The notes beneath the pieces are model-generated. The model did no database searches and was not told the origin of the DNA. It worked only from the letters and a program-made list of their open reading frames with translations. This document shows positions 12,476 through 25,289 of a stretch of DNA of 64,000 nucleotides, piece after piece. Where the stretch lies: NCBI RefSeq assembly GCF_003918875.1, contig NW_025765780.1, forward strand, positions 1,364,001-1,428,000, given 5' to 3'. The translations under genes and the position numbers were made by a program. Origin of the DNA: Haliotis rubra. Its lineage: Eukaryota. How positions within the stretch are numbered: the stretch's first letter is position 1; the number at the start of each line of letters is the position of its first letter.

Positions 12476-13702
12476 TCATGTCAAAGTATATCTTTCAATT
12501 CCGTGTTTCCTCCGCTTCAAACAGTAACACATGGCTATTATCACCAGTAACAGGCCCACGACACATAGAGTTACAATGAGGGCCAGGATAGTCACCTCGG
12601 CCGTGTGAGCGTCCAGTCCGACCCATGTAGATGGGGCAGATGTGGTTGGTGTTGTAGTGGACGTAGACGATGAGGAAGTTGTAGATGTAGTGGGAATTTT
12701 CATGAGGTTGGGGATGATGTCCAGCCACAGGGTCACTCGTCTGGGGTAGACGTGGTCACGTACTGACATGTTTGTTGTGAAGGACAGGTAACGCTGGTCG
12801 GCCATAGTGAACTCAGGCCACGCCTGTCCAAGCTTTTCTTCAACAGCAGGGTTGGGGTTACTGTGAAAATAAAGTAATCACTTTGAAAGACTGATGAATA
12901 TTCCCCTCTTGTGAGCGAATGTACAAGTATCGCCGTATTTTTAGACATATGTATTGTTATTTTAACGTATTCACAGGGCTATCTCTGGCGAAGGATGGAT
13001 AGTGGTCAAATAAGTAGAAGTAACACTTCCTGCTGGTGTTCAACAACGCGTGCGTCCTGGCAAAGAGGACTCCCGGTACTAAGAAGCTGGGGTCACCGTA
13101 TGTTGAAAGTACCTGTTCTTGAGGCAGCGGCTGGTCAGATGGTGGTCGGGGGTAGGTGTACTCAACGCTGACGATATTATTGATGGATGTAGTGCTAGCT
13201 TCTAATGACAATGATGTAACTGTTGGGAGAATATCTGTATCAAACTCCTTCTGCTTGAAGATGTCGGTAGCGTATGTGTAATTATATGCCCTGTCGAATG
13301 CTAGAGCACTCGTCAACAGGAGTCCCCCCTTCGTTGTTGTTGGCCCCTACCATAACGTCGATGCCCTTGATACACGTAGTATTTAAGAATGCGATGTCTC
13401 TCATTAAGACTTGGGGATCATCTTTGACAAAGATTCCATCAGTGGTGGGGACCCACGTGTACTGCATGAGCTCGTAGGCTGGCGACCCCAAAACAGAAAA
13501 AAAATCATCACCGGCACAGTGGACGATACATCGGTTGTATTTGGCAGGAACACATTCAACGTGAGACAGGAATATTGCTGGAGACATGGCAGTCCATAGC
13601 TCGAAGCATTGAATATGTCAGAAGCTTCTGGGTGTGGTTGAGGTTTTCTGGATCGGAGATCTCCAACTGGAGGTTTCGTGTACGGGATTCCGTAGTAGCC
13701 AA
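12476..13702 (-). pseudogene. Carboxylesterase subfamily A pseudogene with four internal deletions and a frameshift; exon 2 (12476-12860) intact
   Basis: Colinear fragments of copies 1-3. Junctions at ~12970 (His motif and splice donor lost), ~13500 (GESAG lost), ~13570 and ~13703 (start and signal peptide lost); one extra C at ~13325. Confidence 0.9.
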
Positions 13703-13949
13703 ATAAAATATGCAAACACTGTACACAGTCGGCAACGGACAATATGCACAGTCACTATGCCCCGATATGTGTCATGTGAGTCACGTGACCTCTCTACGAC
13801 AGGTGTGAAGCTACGCGACAGAGGGGCTAGTTCAGTCAGGACAAGTTTAGGAAATTCAGGTTTTTCGCAAATATTAATATTTCTTTATCTTTAACTAGAA
13901 TGATAAAAACAGCGTGTCTACCAATATTGGTAGCTTAATTTGCTCAGTT

Positions 13950-14500
13950 TCAATACCAGCAATTATTTTGGTGTTGTATTCCTAGCTGCACACCCAACAA
14001 TTATCGTGGTGTTGTTTGCCTAACTTCACACCCAAGAATTATCTTGGTGTTGTATGCCTAGCTTCACACTAAGCAATTACCTTGGTGTTGTGTGAATAGC
14101 TTCACTTCCAGCAACCATCTTGGTGCTGTATGCCTAGCTTCAATTCCAGCAATTACCTTGGTGTTGTGTGAATAGCTTCACTTCCAGCAATTATCTTGGT
14201 GTTGTATTCCTAGCTGCACGCCCAAGAATTATCTTGGTGTTGTATGCCTAGCTTCACACTCAGCAATTATCTTGGTGTTGTATGCCTAGCTTCACACTCA
14301 GCAATTATCTTGGTGTTGTATGCCTAGCTTCACACTCAGCAATTATCTTGGTGTTGTATGCCTAGCTTCACACTCAGCAATTATCTTGGTGTTGTATGCC
14401 TAGCTTCACACTCAGCAATTATCTTGGTGTTGTATGCCTAGCTTCACTTCCAGCAATTAACTTTGTGCTGTGTGTCCAGCTTCACTATTTTGGTGGTGTA
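13950..14500. repeat. 38-bp satellite, variant CAGCAATTATCTTGGTGTTGTATGCCTAGCTTCACACT (~14 units)
   Basis: Clear tandem units, homologous to the 2050-9835 array but with their own fixed variants. Confidence 0.93.
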
Positions 14501-15779
14501 TACTTAAGGTGACAACAAGCAACATCCTAGTTGTCAGAAAGTAATTAAATGTATGCTATTTAAATACAATAAGAATGGTAAGGCTGTTTACCTATTGTCA
14601 ATGTTGTGTAGATGCTATGGAGGTAATTTCGTTTATCTGCCATTTCGTTGCCAGTTTAACGATTATGTGTACCCAAACCGAAGCACCCAATTTCGTTTTT
14701 TATTGTTGTTGTATTTTTTATGTGACCACGTGCTTTACGTGTTCTTCACAGTGTACCCTGCCTTGTTTGCAAATACCGAACTGCCAGTAAATGGTTTGAG
14801 AAACTGCAGGCGATATATGGAAACTTACCTCACAGTGACCAATCTTGAGGAACAAAATATGTTGTGTTGTAATACAATTTATTGAACGCAAAATGCTCAA
14901 GTCACACGCACACATACACACGTGTATTCCCCGCATAGATACCATCAGTGAGTAGGAAATCATGATGTCCATCAGCAAGGTTAAAGGTAACATACACTGA
15001 CACTGAGACTGACGCTAGTGGGTCATATAACTGGTTATATGATTACTCTTTATGTAAACTTACATCATAGTGACCAGTCAGGAATAACATGAGATGATGT
15101 GTTGCAATACTATTTATTAAACACAAAACGGCATGTTAAAGAGAACAAGAAATGAAAACAACATTTTTTAACTAGAGAAGTAACACAAAGGAAAACTACC
15201 AACACAAAAAACACAGAGCGAGACTGACGCTAGCGACCTCTTTCAAAAGTGGGTCACATGACTTGGCACATGATTACACATACTTCGTCTTCTTTCCATG
15301 GTCCCTCGAGGCGGAAAGTGTCAGTATTTGCCTAATAAGGAACTTTGACAGTGATGACAATGATGGGCCCTGTGAAACACAGCCACACTCGCAAGACGGA
15401 CGCTCTGTCCGGTTTTCGTCCAGGCCCATTTGTCAGATTATGTAGTTGACAAAACTTGACATGAATCATGAACTTCATGAAATAATGACTCCTCGATCAG
15501 AAGTAAGTGTAGGTAGTGCTCATTAAACTAGTTAGTCGTTTTGTCAAGTGTGAGTAATGGGCAAAGTGCTGAACTTGAGAAAATAAAACGAAAACATGAA
15601 CTTAAGGTGCACTTAGAAGGTGACAGAGAGACAGAGTTGTTCACATTAAGCACATGGGGGATGAAGCATCTGAACTAAACATAATTTCCATAGAATGGAA
15701 GGACTACCAAGAAAGAGAAAGAATGCATGATGTTACAGGTTGTTAAAGAAATAAACTTAAGAGAAGCTGGTAATATGTA

Positions 15780-16178
15780 TACTACTCACACTTTGCTAAG
15801 GATCACAACAATTCACAACTTTACTTAAACGTAGATTCATAATTTAATATTGTATCCATTTAAATCTGGATAAATAATAATATGGTAACCCCTCTTTAGG
15901 CAAACAGTCACTTTAATCTAACCTTATGCACTTGATACATGAGTAACCATCAACATGGTTTTCATGGCACCAAGCAACCTTTTTGCAAACCATGGAACAA
16001 GTCATTGACATGTACACAACAGCTATCAATAGCAGGTATGGGATCCACAAGATGAAATGACACACTGAAACCTAGGATCCATGCTTACAATAAGCTTAGA
16101 TATTTAAATCCAATTTGACCCCATATCATAGTTTTCTGCTGAATGTATGATTTGATCTTTAGCAAAGTTTGAGTAGTA
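15780..16178. mobile_element. Tc1/mariner-type MITE (~400 bp)
   Basis: 25-bp TIRs TACTACTCACACTTTGCTAAGGATC / GATCTTTAGCAAAGTTTGAGTAGTA, flanked by TA on both sides. Confidence 0.75.
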
Positions 16179-16801
16179 TATAAAGAAGCAAAGTTAATTT
16201 CATCTCTGATTGACAGTGGACATGGGATGAAAGAGCCTGATGTCAGTGACACATCCTATCCCAGATAACTTAACACTGAAGTAATTTTTCTGACCAATGT
16301 GCACCAATAACTAATCGACGCATCAAACATGAAATGAGGATTCCCATGTCAGTCCATCACCTACTAATGTACCTCAGCCCAAACTTGCTTCAGATGTTAC
16401 CAGTGTTGATTTGCCCATGAACGCAAGGCTGATTTCCTCTGTTTATGGAATTCCTAAACTTTCTCTACCAGAGTTCAATAGTGGTAAGGAAATGAGAGTT
16501 TATCTTACTGAAGATGGCACTTGAGACCTTAGTAGATGTTCATCCTCGCCTGACTAAATCTTACAAGTAGAGTTTTTCCCAGAAATTACTGCAAAAATCT
16601 TTGTTTCCTAAAACTGATAATAGAATTTTGAAATAGGTGTTACATTATGCAGTAAGGTACTCAATGTGGGAGGTAACTCTTGAAGGCTTGAGAATGAACC
16701 TTACTACATCAAGAGTTATCTCTCCTAGTGTAGCAGACGACTTCCTTAAATTTGTTGATATGGCAGATTTGACAGCGCAAGAGTAAAGAAAGCTGGTTCT
16801 A

Positions 16802-18249
16802 AACTAGTGGGCAAAAGAAAGTGAACACCTTCATTAATCATCGATAAAATCAAAGCAAAACATACGATGTTTTAAGTTATAATACATTTAATGAAGCCAG
16901 CATTTGGGACAATGCACCCACAGTGTCTATGATAAACTCCTCACAGATTAAGAGCACATGTTATGGAATGGGTAGAAGGGTAGGAATGGCACAGTTCACA
17001 GATACAACAAGAGTCAATCATGGAATGTCTCCGTCATGTCAAGTCTCTGGTCATCCTTAGTAATTAGTGTGACCACCTCTAGCAGTAATACACGCCCCGA
17101 CTCGCCCTCTCATCAATGTCGTCAGCCGCCGAATGACGTCATTCGGAATCATATTCCACTCGTTCCTGAGAGCGTCTTCAAGTTCCTGTCGGTTCGCTGG
17201 GGACCGTGGTCGTCTTCTCACTTGGCGATTCAGGTGATCCCACAAGTGCTCTATGGGGTTTATGTCCGGTGAGCGTGCTGGACATGGAAGAATTTGGATA
17301 TTCTGGGCGTTCAAGAAGTGCTGGAAAATTCGCGCTGTGTGGGGCCTGGCGTTGTCGTGCTGCAGAAGTGTTCCCTGTTGTTGCTGGCGAAGAAATGGTA
17401 TTGCCACGGGTTGAAGAATGTCACCTCTGTATCTCTGAGCGTTCACGTTTCCACTCATTACGACCAACCGTGTACGTTGATTCCCACAAATTCTTCCCCA
17501 CACCATCACACCGCCTCCTCAAAAAGGATGAACTTCCTCTTAGCAATTCGGCGCTAGTCTTTCTTCCCTGCAACGGTATACATTATGGAACATGATGAAT
17601 TGACTTTCGTCTTTAAAAACCACTCGCTCCCAATTTTGTACCTGCCAGCGACGTACATTCCTTGCCCACTGCAACCTACGACGACGATGTTCCTGGATCA
17701 ATGCCATTCCAAGCAGGGAATGTCGAGCTCTGATACCTGCTGCACGTAGACGTCGTAGCACGGTACGTCGACTTATGAGATGTCCTAGAGCCGTTGCCGC
17801 CGTATCCGTTGCGGTGATGACCCGGTTACGCAGATGAAGAGAACGCAGATGCCGGTCTTCCTGTGGGGTCGTCACACGTGGTCTGCCTGATCGTGGGCTG
17901 TCTTGAGCGCTGCCAGTCTGCCTGTAACGCTGGAACAGGTCAGGGTCCTGGCAATATGGCTGTTGTTGGCGCCCATCTGCCTCATACATATGGCCCTCTC
18001 TCTTTCTTGCGCTGTTAGCCGTGGCATAACTTTATACCATTTCTCGAAAAGTATTTTGCAAAATCTCCTAGATGCACGTTTTGCCATTTTTCGCAAATTC
18101 ACGTGCTTCTACACAGCCAACATGCTGCGTTTGGGCGAATGATTAGTAAGAGTGGACGAACTGTTTCGGCCTAAAAGGATTTTACTAACTTGGACAACTT
18201 CGCCAAACATTCAAAATAAAAAGTGTTCACTTTCTTTTGACCATGAGTT
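16802..18249 (-). mobile_element. Tc1/mariner DNA transposon with frameshifted transposase
   Basis: TIRs AACTAGTGGGCAAAAGAAAGTGAACAC / GTGTTCACTTTCTTTTGACCATGAGTT with TA outside. ORF pieces MPRLTAQERERAI, SGRPRVTT, VFKDESQF, QHDNARPH, SPDINPIEHLW and GGHTNY are split over three ORF segments by frameshifts. Confidence 0.93.
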
Positions 18250-18499
18250 TAGATGATTTTGAAAGGGATGTGACTAATGCAAAAGTGTCCTTGGTCTCCA
18301 GTATACAGAACTTTGAAGAATATTCAGTCAGGAGTTTGGAATGAGCACAAGACAGGGGCAGGGAGACCAAGGAAGTTCAGTACTACGGATCGCCGGCGAC
18401 TTGGTCAGATTGTGAGTGGGTGAAAATTGAAAAGCGTTGACAATATAAGAAATGAGATGATTTATAGAGGAAGTTCTTAGGTATGTAACGAAACCCTCA

Positions 18500-19284
18500 G
18501 ACCAGAAATACAAAGACTTAAGTGGGTGAAAATGCGCGGAATTCCCTCACCATTGATGAAAGAGGCACGGAAAGGAAGACGTTTAAACTTGTGTAGGGTT
18601 AACGAAATTCAAGATTGGGACAATGTTTTCTGATGAAAATTCTGTCCGGCTTTGTCCGTGCTGTGTGAAAATGTGGATAAAAGATACTGTGAAACCTATC
18701 TACTAACTCCCAAAACATAGCCCGACAGTTCAAATGTTGGGTGAAATATCATCACGTGGAGTGACGCCGTGTATTTTCACTGGAAATACGACGAAGGAAC
18801 GATATGTTGACATCTCAAATGATCACTTCCTTCCAGCGGCCCGAACACTGTAAGAAGATAATTGGATTTTCTAGTATAACGACCGAAAACACACTGCGGT
18901 CTGCACAAAACAGTGGTGGTTGGAGAAAAATCTTCAAGTTTAATTTGACTGGCCCAGCTACAGCCCAGATCTTAACCCTATTGAGAATGTGTGGGGACTA
19001 GTGAAGGGCAGAATAAACCAACTTAGAAATATTGAGGGTATGAGGATATGGTCGAATATTGGGATACGCTGTCACTCGATTTCCTAAAAACTTGATCGGT
19101 AGTGTGCCTAGGCGCATTCAGCCGTGTATTGCAAGGCAAGGAGGTCTCACAAAGTACTGCAAAGACACTTAGACTGTAAGAGAAACATATTTCAACATAT
19201 TCATTTAAGTAAAACTTTTATAGTTTATATACATGTATTAGATATTTGCCGAAACAACTTTCTCAATAATTTCTGGGAAGACTA
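18500..19284 (+). mobile_element. Degenerate Tc1-like transposase relic
   Basis: Fragments translate as FSDEN, PKHSPTV, WPSYSPDLNPIENVWGLVK and SVPRRIQPCIARQGGLTKY, with many frameshifts. Confidence 0.75.
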
Positions 19285-19299
19285 TAGCTTCCAATGGTT

Positions 19300-19900
19300 C
19301 TATCGCATCGTACGATTTGACCCACCTTGACCAGTGGTTACAGCTAAAATCAATGGCCAAGTATATCTTGATCAGTCATCCCAGCCCTTTACTCTGTACG
19401 GACATGGCCCAAACGTGAATGCTTAGGCCATCTTAATGACGAATCCCAAAAATCTATGATTCTTGAATCTGCTGTGAAGTCGCTTGAAACCATTTAGCAT
19501 ACAACAATTTTGCATGAGCCATATCTGTGTAGTGGACAATCTGTGATTCAGTCTCCTGGTATCTGCAGACAATATGATAGAAACAAGATACAATGTCGTG
19601 AATGCCTTCACATCAAGTAACTTGTCTTTTTCTGAATATATATACCCAGTGGTTGCACTCCAGAAACAGTGGGCACATATCAGAGACTTACCTTTGTTCC
19701 ATATGGAAAGATTTGAAGTGAATAGTGTTTACCGATACGCAACTCCATTGTTGAGATACCACGATACAGTATTTAAGGCATCAAAAGAAGATATGAACCC
19801 AGCAATTCAACGTATGGAGCACCGTTTACCGAATTATCCAGCAACGTCAGAAATTCACAAACTTAGTTGAAGCTGGGCTAGTACTAGTTATAAGTGCCAA
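19300..19900 (+). mobile_element. BEL/Pao LTR-retrotransposon relic (internally deleted)
   Basis: ORF 19574-19870 contains LQKQWAHIRDLPL and RYATPLLR...RMEHRL...EIHKL, resembling the BEL/Pao polyprotein region upstream of RT. Recognised from memory only. Confidence 0.5.
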
Positions 19901-20916
19901 ACAAGACAGCAAGACTTCCGAGAATCAGCCATTGACGTTAACTGAATTAGGACACGCGTTGGTTCAGACATGAAACAACATTTTCCAATTTTTCTTTTAT
20001 CGCTTAGTGTCGTCTATGCATCGTCGTTGTCAAGCCCGCATCAGCACCAAAGGTGGACACACACGATTCTGAACTAACTTTTCACATCAATATCACACCA
20101 AATATCTTGGGTGTGTTACGATGCGCAGGGTCAAATCATACAGAGTTCGATATTATCCTGTCAACAGTGATTAAGGAAAGCACCACAAATCTTGTTATTA
20201 TCATTTTGCAATAAGAAATAACGTAACATCAAATAATGCACATTACTTGGTTGCAGTAGAAGATTTACATATTTATCCGAACATGGCCTAAACGGATACC
20301 GTTTTGCGTTCATCCTATCCAGAAACCTTACCATGATCTTATAACTACATGCATTAAAGCAATTTGTCATTAGGATTTAAACTTTTCGATGAAGAACTGA
20401 ATTGTGCACAAAAACATCACAGTAATACATCTGAACAAAAAGCTTTGAAGGGCAGCCATCATCTCCTAATATGAGGATTCTGTGCTGTCACCCACCCCCA
20501 TCCCCACCCCACCAAAATCACGCACACAACACGTACACAACCTCCCAATATATAGCGTCAGCATCATCGACATTGTCCCACCGTCCGGCCACCATAACGA
20601 CACATAATTGCACGTAAACAGTTTATACACAACTTTTATGATTCAAAGTTCATGTCATCAGGCAAACTGAAATTCAAGTAATAGTGTTCTTTCATGGAGA
20701 ATGAATGATTAAAGACGTTACTTGAAAACAAAATCACTAATTTTATTTCCTTTCCTTATGCTTTGCACAATGAATTGTTGATTCAGAAATAGGTAACAGT
20801 AGATCTGGCCGATGAGCCTAAGAGTGTGAGTTATAAAGCTGTTAATTTCAACAATGATGTGATCTTCTAACTTCAACATAAGTATGGTCGATGCAATGAT
20901 TATTTGTATGGTGCCC

Positions 20917-23043
20917 TCATTCCAAAGCATATCTTTCATTTCCTAGTTTCCGCCGCTTCAAACAGTAACACATGGCTATTATCACCAGTAACAGGCCCAC
21001 GACACATAGAGTTACAATGAGGGCCAGGATAGTCACCTCGGCCGTGTGAGCGTCCAGTCCGAACCATGTAGATGGGGCAGATGTGGTTGGTGTTGTAGTG
21101 GACGTAGACGATGAGGAAGTTGTAGATGTGGTGGGAATTTTCATGAGATTGGGGATGATGTCAAGCCACAGGGTCACTCGTCTGGGGTAGACGTGGTCAC
21201 GTACTGACATGTTTGTTGTGAAGGATAGGTAACGCTGGTCGGCCATAGTGAACTCGGGCCATGCCTGTCCAAGCTTTTCTTCAACAGTAGGGTTGGGGTT
21301 ACTGTGAAAATAAAGTAATCACTTTGAAATGCTGATAAATATTCCCCTCTTGTGAGCAAATGTACAAGTATCGCGGTATTTTTAGACATATGTATTGTTA
21401 TTTTAACGTATTACACTTAAAGACAGCTGACTGATGACACACTCTACACGACAATCGTTGAAATGAAATGATGACATCATAATGAAAACAGTTACGTACC
21501 CAGTCTTGGCAAAATCAGCAATGAAAGAAACAAATGTGTCCGCCACCTGATACTCCTCTGCCGTTAGGTTCCCTGAGTAGCCAAGCATCTTGACCGTGGC
21601 CGGATTCAGGTCAAACAGATACAAGGTGTCCACTCCATGGCTCATGCCTTTCACAGGGCTATCTCTGGCGAAGGATGGATAGTGGTCAAATAAGTAGAAG
21701 TAACACTTCCTGCTGGTGTTTAACAACACGTGTGTCCTGGCAAAGAGGACTCCCGGTACCAAGAAGCTAGGGTCACCATATGTTGAAAGTACCTGTTCTT
21801 GAGGCAGCGGCTGGTCAGATGGTGGTCGGGGGTAGGTGTACTCAACGCTGACGATATTATTGATGGATGGAGTGCTAGCTCCTAATGACAATGATGTAAC
21901 TGTTGGGAGAATATCTGTATCAAACTCCTTCTGCTTGAAGATGTCGGTAGCGTATGTGTAATTATATGCCCTGTCGAATGCTAGAGCACTCGTCAGCAAG
22001 AGTCCCCCTTCGTTGTTGTTGGCTCCTACCATAACGTCGATGTCCTTGATACACGTAGTATTTAAGAATGTTATGTCTCTCATTAAGACTTGGGGATCGT
22101 TTTTGACAAAGATTCCATCAATGGTGGGGACCCACGTGTACTGTATGACCTCGTAGGCTGGCGTGCCACCAAAATAGGAATAGGCTAACACTCTGGTACT
22201 GTCGTTCGTCCTCATACAGTCTACCATGGCCCGTTGTCTGCTCTTTGCGTCACCACTTCCACCACGACAACCTAAAATATATCCAACATACATTGCTACA
22301 AATAGATCATTTCTGTTGATCGCCCAGAGAGATGTGGCAGCTCCACTCTGTAGAACTGCTCTCTGGAACAGCCCCTTTGACCCCGGATACAACACGTGAT
22401 AGGCCACACTCGCCGCCCCTGCAGATTCTCCAATGATGGTGATGTTGTTGCTGTCACCACCAAACGCTTCAATGTTAGTCTTGACCCACTGGAGCGCCAG
22501 GTGTTGATCCCATAATCCGTAGTTACCTGGAGCGACGTCATTTCCGGTACTAAAAAATCCGAATATTCCCAATCTGTACTGGATGGTGACGACTATAACG
22601 TCACCTTTTGTCACCAATTGCCAAGGCTCGTACAAAGAAGCGGATCCATACACGAATCCTCCCCCGTGTATCCAGACCATCACCGGCACACTGGACGATA
22701 CATCGGTTGTATTTGGCAGGAACACATTCAACGTGAGACAGTCTTCACTCATAGCTGGAAAGGAAAAGTTCAAAGGGAGCATTGGCGATCGCTGGAGACA
22801 TGGCAGTCCATAGCTCGTAGCATTAAATATGTCAGAAACTCCTGGGTGTGGTTGAGGTTTTCTGAATCGGAGATCTCCAACTGGAGGTTTCGCGTACGGG
22901 ATACCGTAGTAGCCAAAGTAAGGTTGTCCTTCCCTACTGGTTCTCTCCACTCCCTGTATATATCCCCATGTGGAATTTATCTCTGGTGCATCCATCCCTA
23001 CAGCAGGGAGGACCAACATGGACACAATAATCAGCTGAATCAT
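20917..23043 (-). CDS. Carboxylesterase type B, subfamily A copy 2, predicted type-I membrane protein (exons 23043-21500 and 21301-20917)
   Basis: Full Ser/Glu/His triad motifs. A GT-AG intron at 21499-21302 restores FAKTG-NPNP. Exon 2 encodes WPEFT...RRVTLW, a Thr/Ser-rich stalk, hydrophobic VTILALIVTLCVVGLLLVIIAMCYCL and KRRKLGNERYALE*. Confidence 0.93.
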
Positions 23044-23772
23044 TTTAAACTCCGCTACATTGGACGGTGTACTGACTTTCGTGAACAACTTTCCCACCAC
23101 TCCTCACCTGTCCTTCTTGACTGAGATCCTCGTATTGAATATTGCGAATTGTTGTTTCCTGTCCTGTTCGCACAGAGTGATTTGTATTTACTATTCACTG
23201 ACTGTTTACATACCGGATTAAGGCGTTCCTGGTGTTGACATATGCTCGTACAATCTGTACTGTCAATACGCCCAGGTATGTGCTTGTGAGAGTCACGTGT
23301 GTGACCTATATTTGACAGGCGTAGTAGATACGGTATGACCTTTAGTCAGAATAACAAGACAGTGGTACCGGTAGCGCACTTTGCCCCAAATACCTGGTTT
23401 CAGAGCCAGCAGTGATCTTTGTGTTGTATGCATAGGATAGTTATCATAGTTTTGTGTGCCTAACTTCACAACCGAAAGCTAGCTGGTTGCCTTGGTAACT
23501 GTTCTTGATGCTGTTACTGGTATTGTATAAGGGGCATAGCAGTTCAGCGGAGGTGGGAGATATATGATTCTAAGCGATGCTTTAATTTTGATCACCACAG
23601 CTTGTCATCTAACACAACTTTGACACTTGCTATCAACACTATGTTATAGTTGTTTACACATATGTTTATGATGAAGTCTTAATCTTACAGTTGACTCTGC
23701 ATCTTGCAGATTTCTCATGGATTTGGAAAGAGTTTGTCCCTTCTAAAGTATTGCATTCTACAGATTGAAATA

Positions 23773-25261
23773 TACTCTCCCAAAAAAGAAACGCATCATA
23801 AAAATAGCAATTTCATGTAGCAATGAATTAAAACGTGATTCATTTTACAAAAGGTTTTGCTCTGTTTATGAGTCCTGTGGTGTTTATGTTTTGAAACATC
23901 ACAACAAAACGCACCATCCGTAAAATACCCGTATTTAACAGCATGATTTTCAATTTCGGCGTGTAGTGTCACAGAATAAACAATTCACATGCAATGCACG
24001 TGAAAGTTGGGGATAAGATACTCTCAATGATGGGTATAAAAGGTTGATCGCTGTCTGTCGATTATTCACTGTATTTGGAATATTGTTGACGAACGCAAAA
24101 CGCAACGTCTAAGTGAAGCCAACCGTCATATCGCCATTGCTTTTCTTGAAGCTGGCCAGTCTCAACATGCAGTTGCCCGACGCATGAATGTTCACGAAAG
24201 CACCATTTCACGGCTCTGGGAGAGATATCGCCGGCAGAATTCGGTAGCAGATGCCCCTCGTAATGGGCGACCTCGAGCGAACAGCTACGGCGACCAGTAC
24301 CGCTCGACAAATACCCAGATTGAGGAGGCTTTCTGCACAGACTGTCAGGAACAGGTTGAGAGAGGCTCGTTTACGTGACAGAAGACCTTATTTTGACCCT
24401 GTGCTTCGACAACAACATCGTCGACATCGAGTTCAATGGTGCACCAACGTTCAGGCCTGGGACCTACCGAATTGGCGTAGAATCTGGTTCAGTGATGAAT
24501 CACGATTTCTACTGGAACGACGCGATGGAAGAATGGGGGTGTACAGACGTCGACGTGAACGTTTCGACGACGCTTGCGTTCCCCAGGTGGACAGATTCGG
24601 CCGGCAAAGTGTTATGATGTGGGGGGTGATCACCTGCCAAAGGAGAAGTGATTTGGTGATGATCCAGGGCAACCTGACAGCTCAACGGTACTGTGACGTA
24701 ATCCTACGCCCACACCTCCTTCCAATCATTGATCGCCAGAGGGAGTTGTTTCAACAGGACAGTACGAGGCCCCACACAGCACGTCACACTAGAGACTTCC
24801 TCCAGAACCACAACATCAATGTGCTCCCCTGGCCCTCAAGATCACCGGACTTAAACCCGATCGACCAACTGTGGGATGCCCTGGACAGACGGGTGCGACG
24901 CCGTAACCCTCAGCCCCAGACACTTCAGCAACTTGCACAGGCACTACAGGCAGAGTGGGCTGCGATTGGGCAACACGAGATTCATGAGATTCATGAGACT
25001 TATTCGTTCGATGCCGAGGCGATGCCGTGCAGTTCTGGATGCCCACGGTGGTCACACGAGGTATTGACTTCAGCGCCACCACACGTCTCCATGTGACACT
25101 CAAACTGACTTTCCTCGAGTTGGTGCCAAAGACGGATAAATCTGCATTCCCAGTGTGCAATTTCGCTATATTTCATTGACTCATAAAGCCTAAATGATGT
25201 TTCAAAAGAAACATAAAAATACAGTTGAAATTCCTACATGCGTTTCTTTTTGGGGCGAGTA
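23773..25261 (+). mobile_element. Tc1/mariner DNA transposon (1.49 kb), defective transposase
   Basis: TIRs TACTCTCCCAAAAAAGAAACGCAT / ATGCGTTTCTTTTTGGGGCGAGTA with TA TSD. The empty site GAAATATAATG is at ~10061 in the paralogous spacer. Motifs WFSDESRF, QQDSTRPH, SPDLNPIDQLW and GGHTRY, with frameshifts. Confidence 0.95.
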
Positions 25262-25289
25262 TATAATGAATCAGTGAGAGGTCTGGTTG

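Noticed and set aside
20917-20945. Tyrosine-based lysosomal sorting signal in the subfamily-A tails
   Set aside because: YALE and YTLT do not fit YxxPhi, and copy 3 lacks the Tyr.
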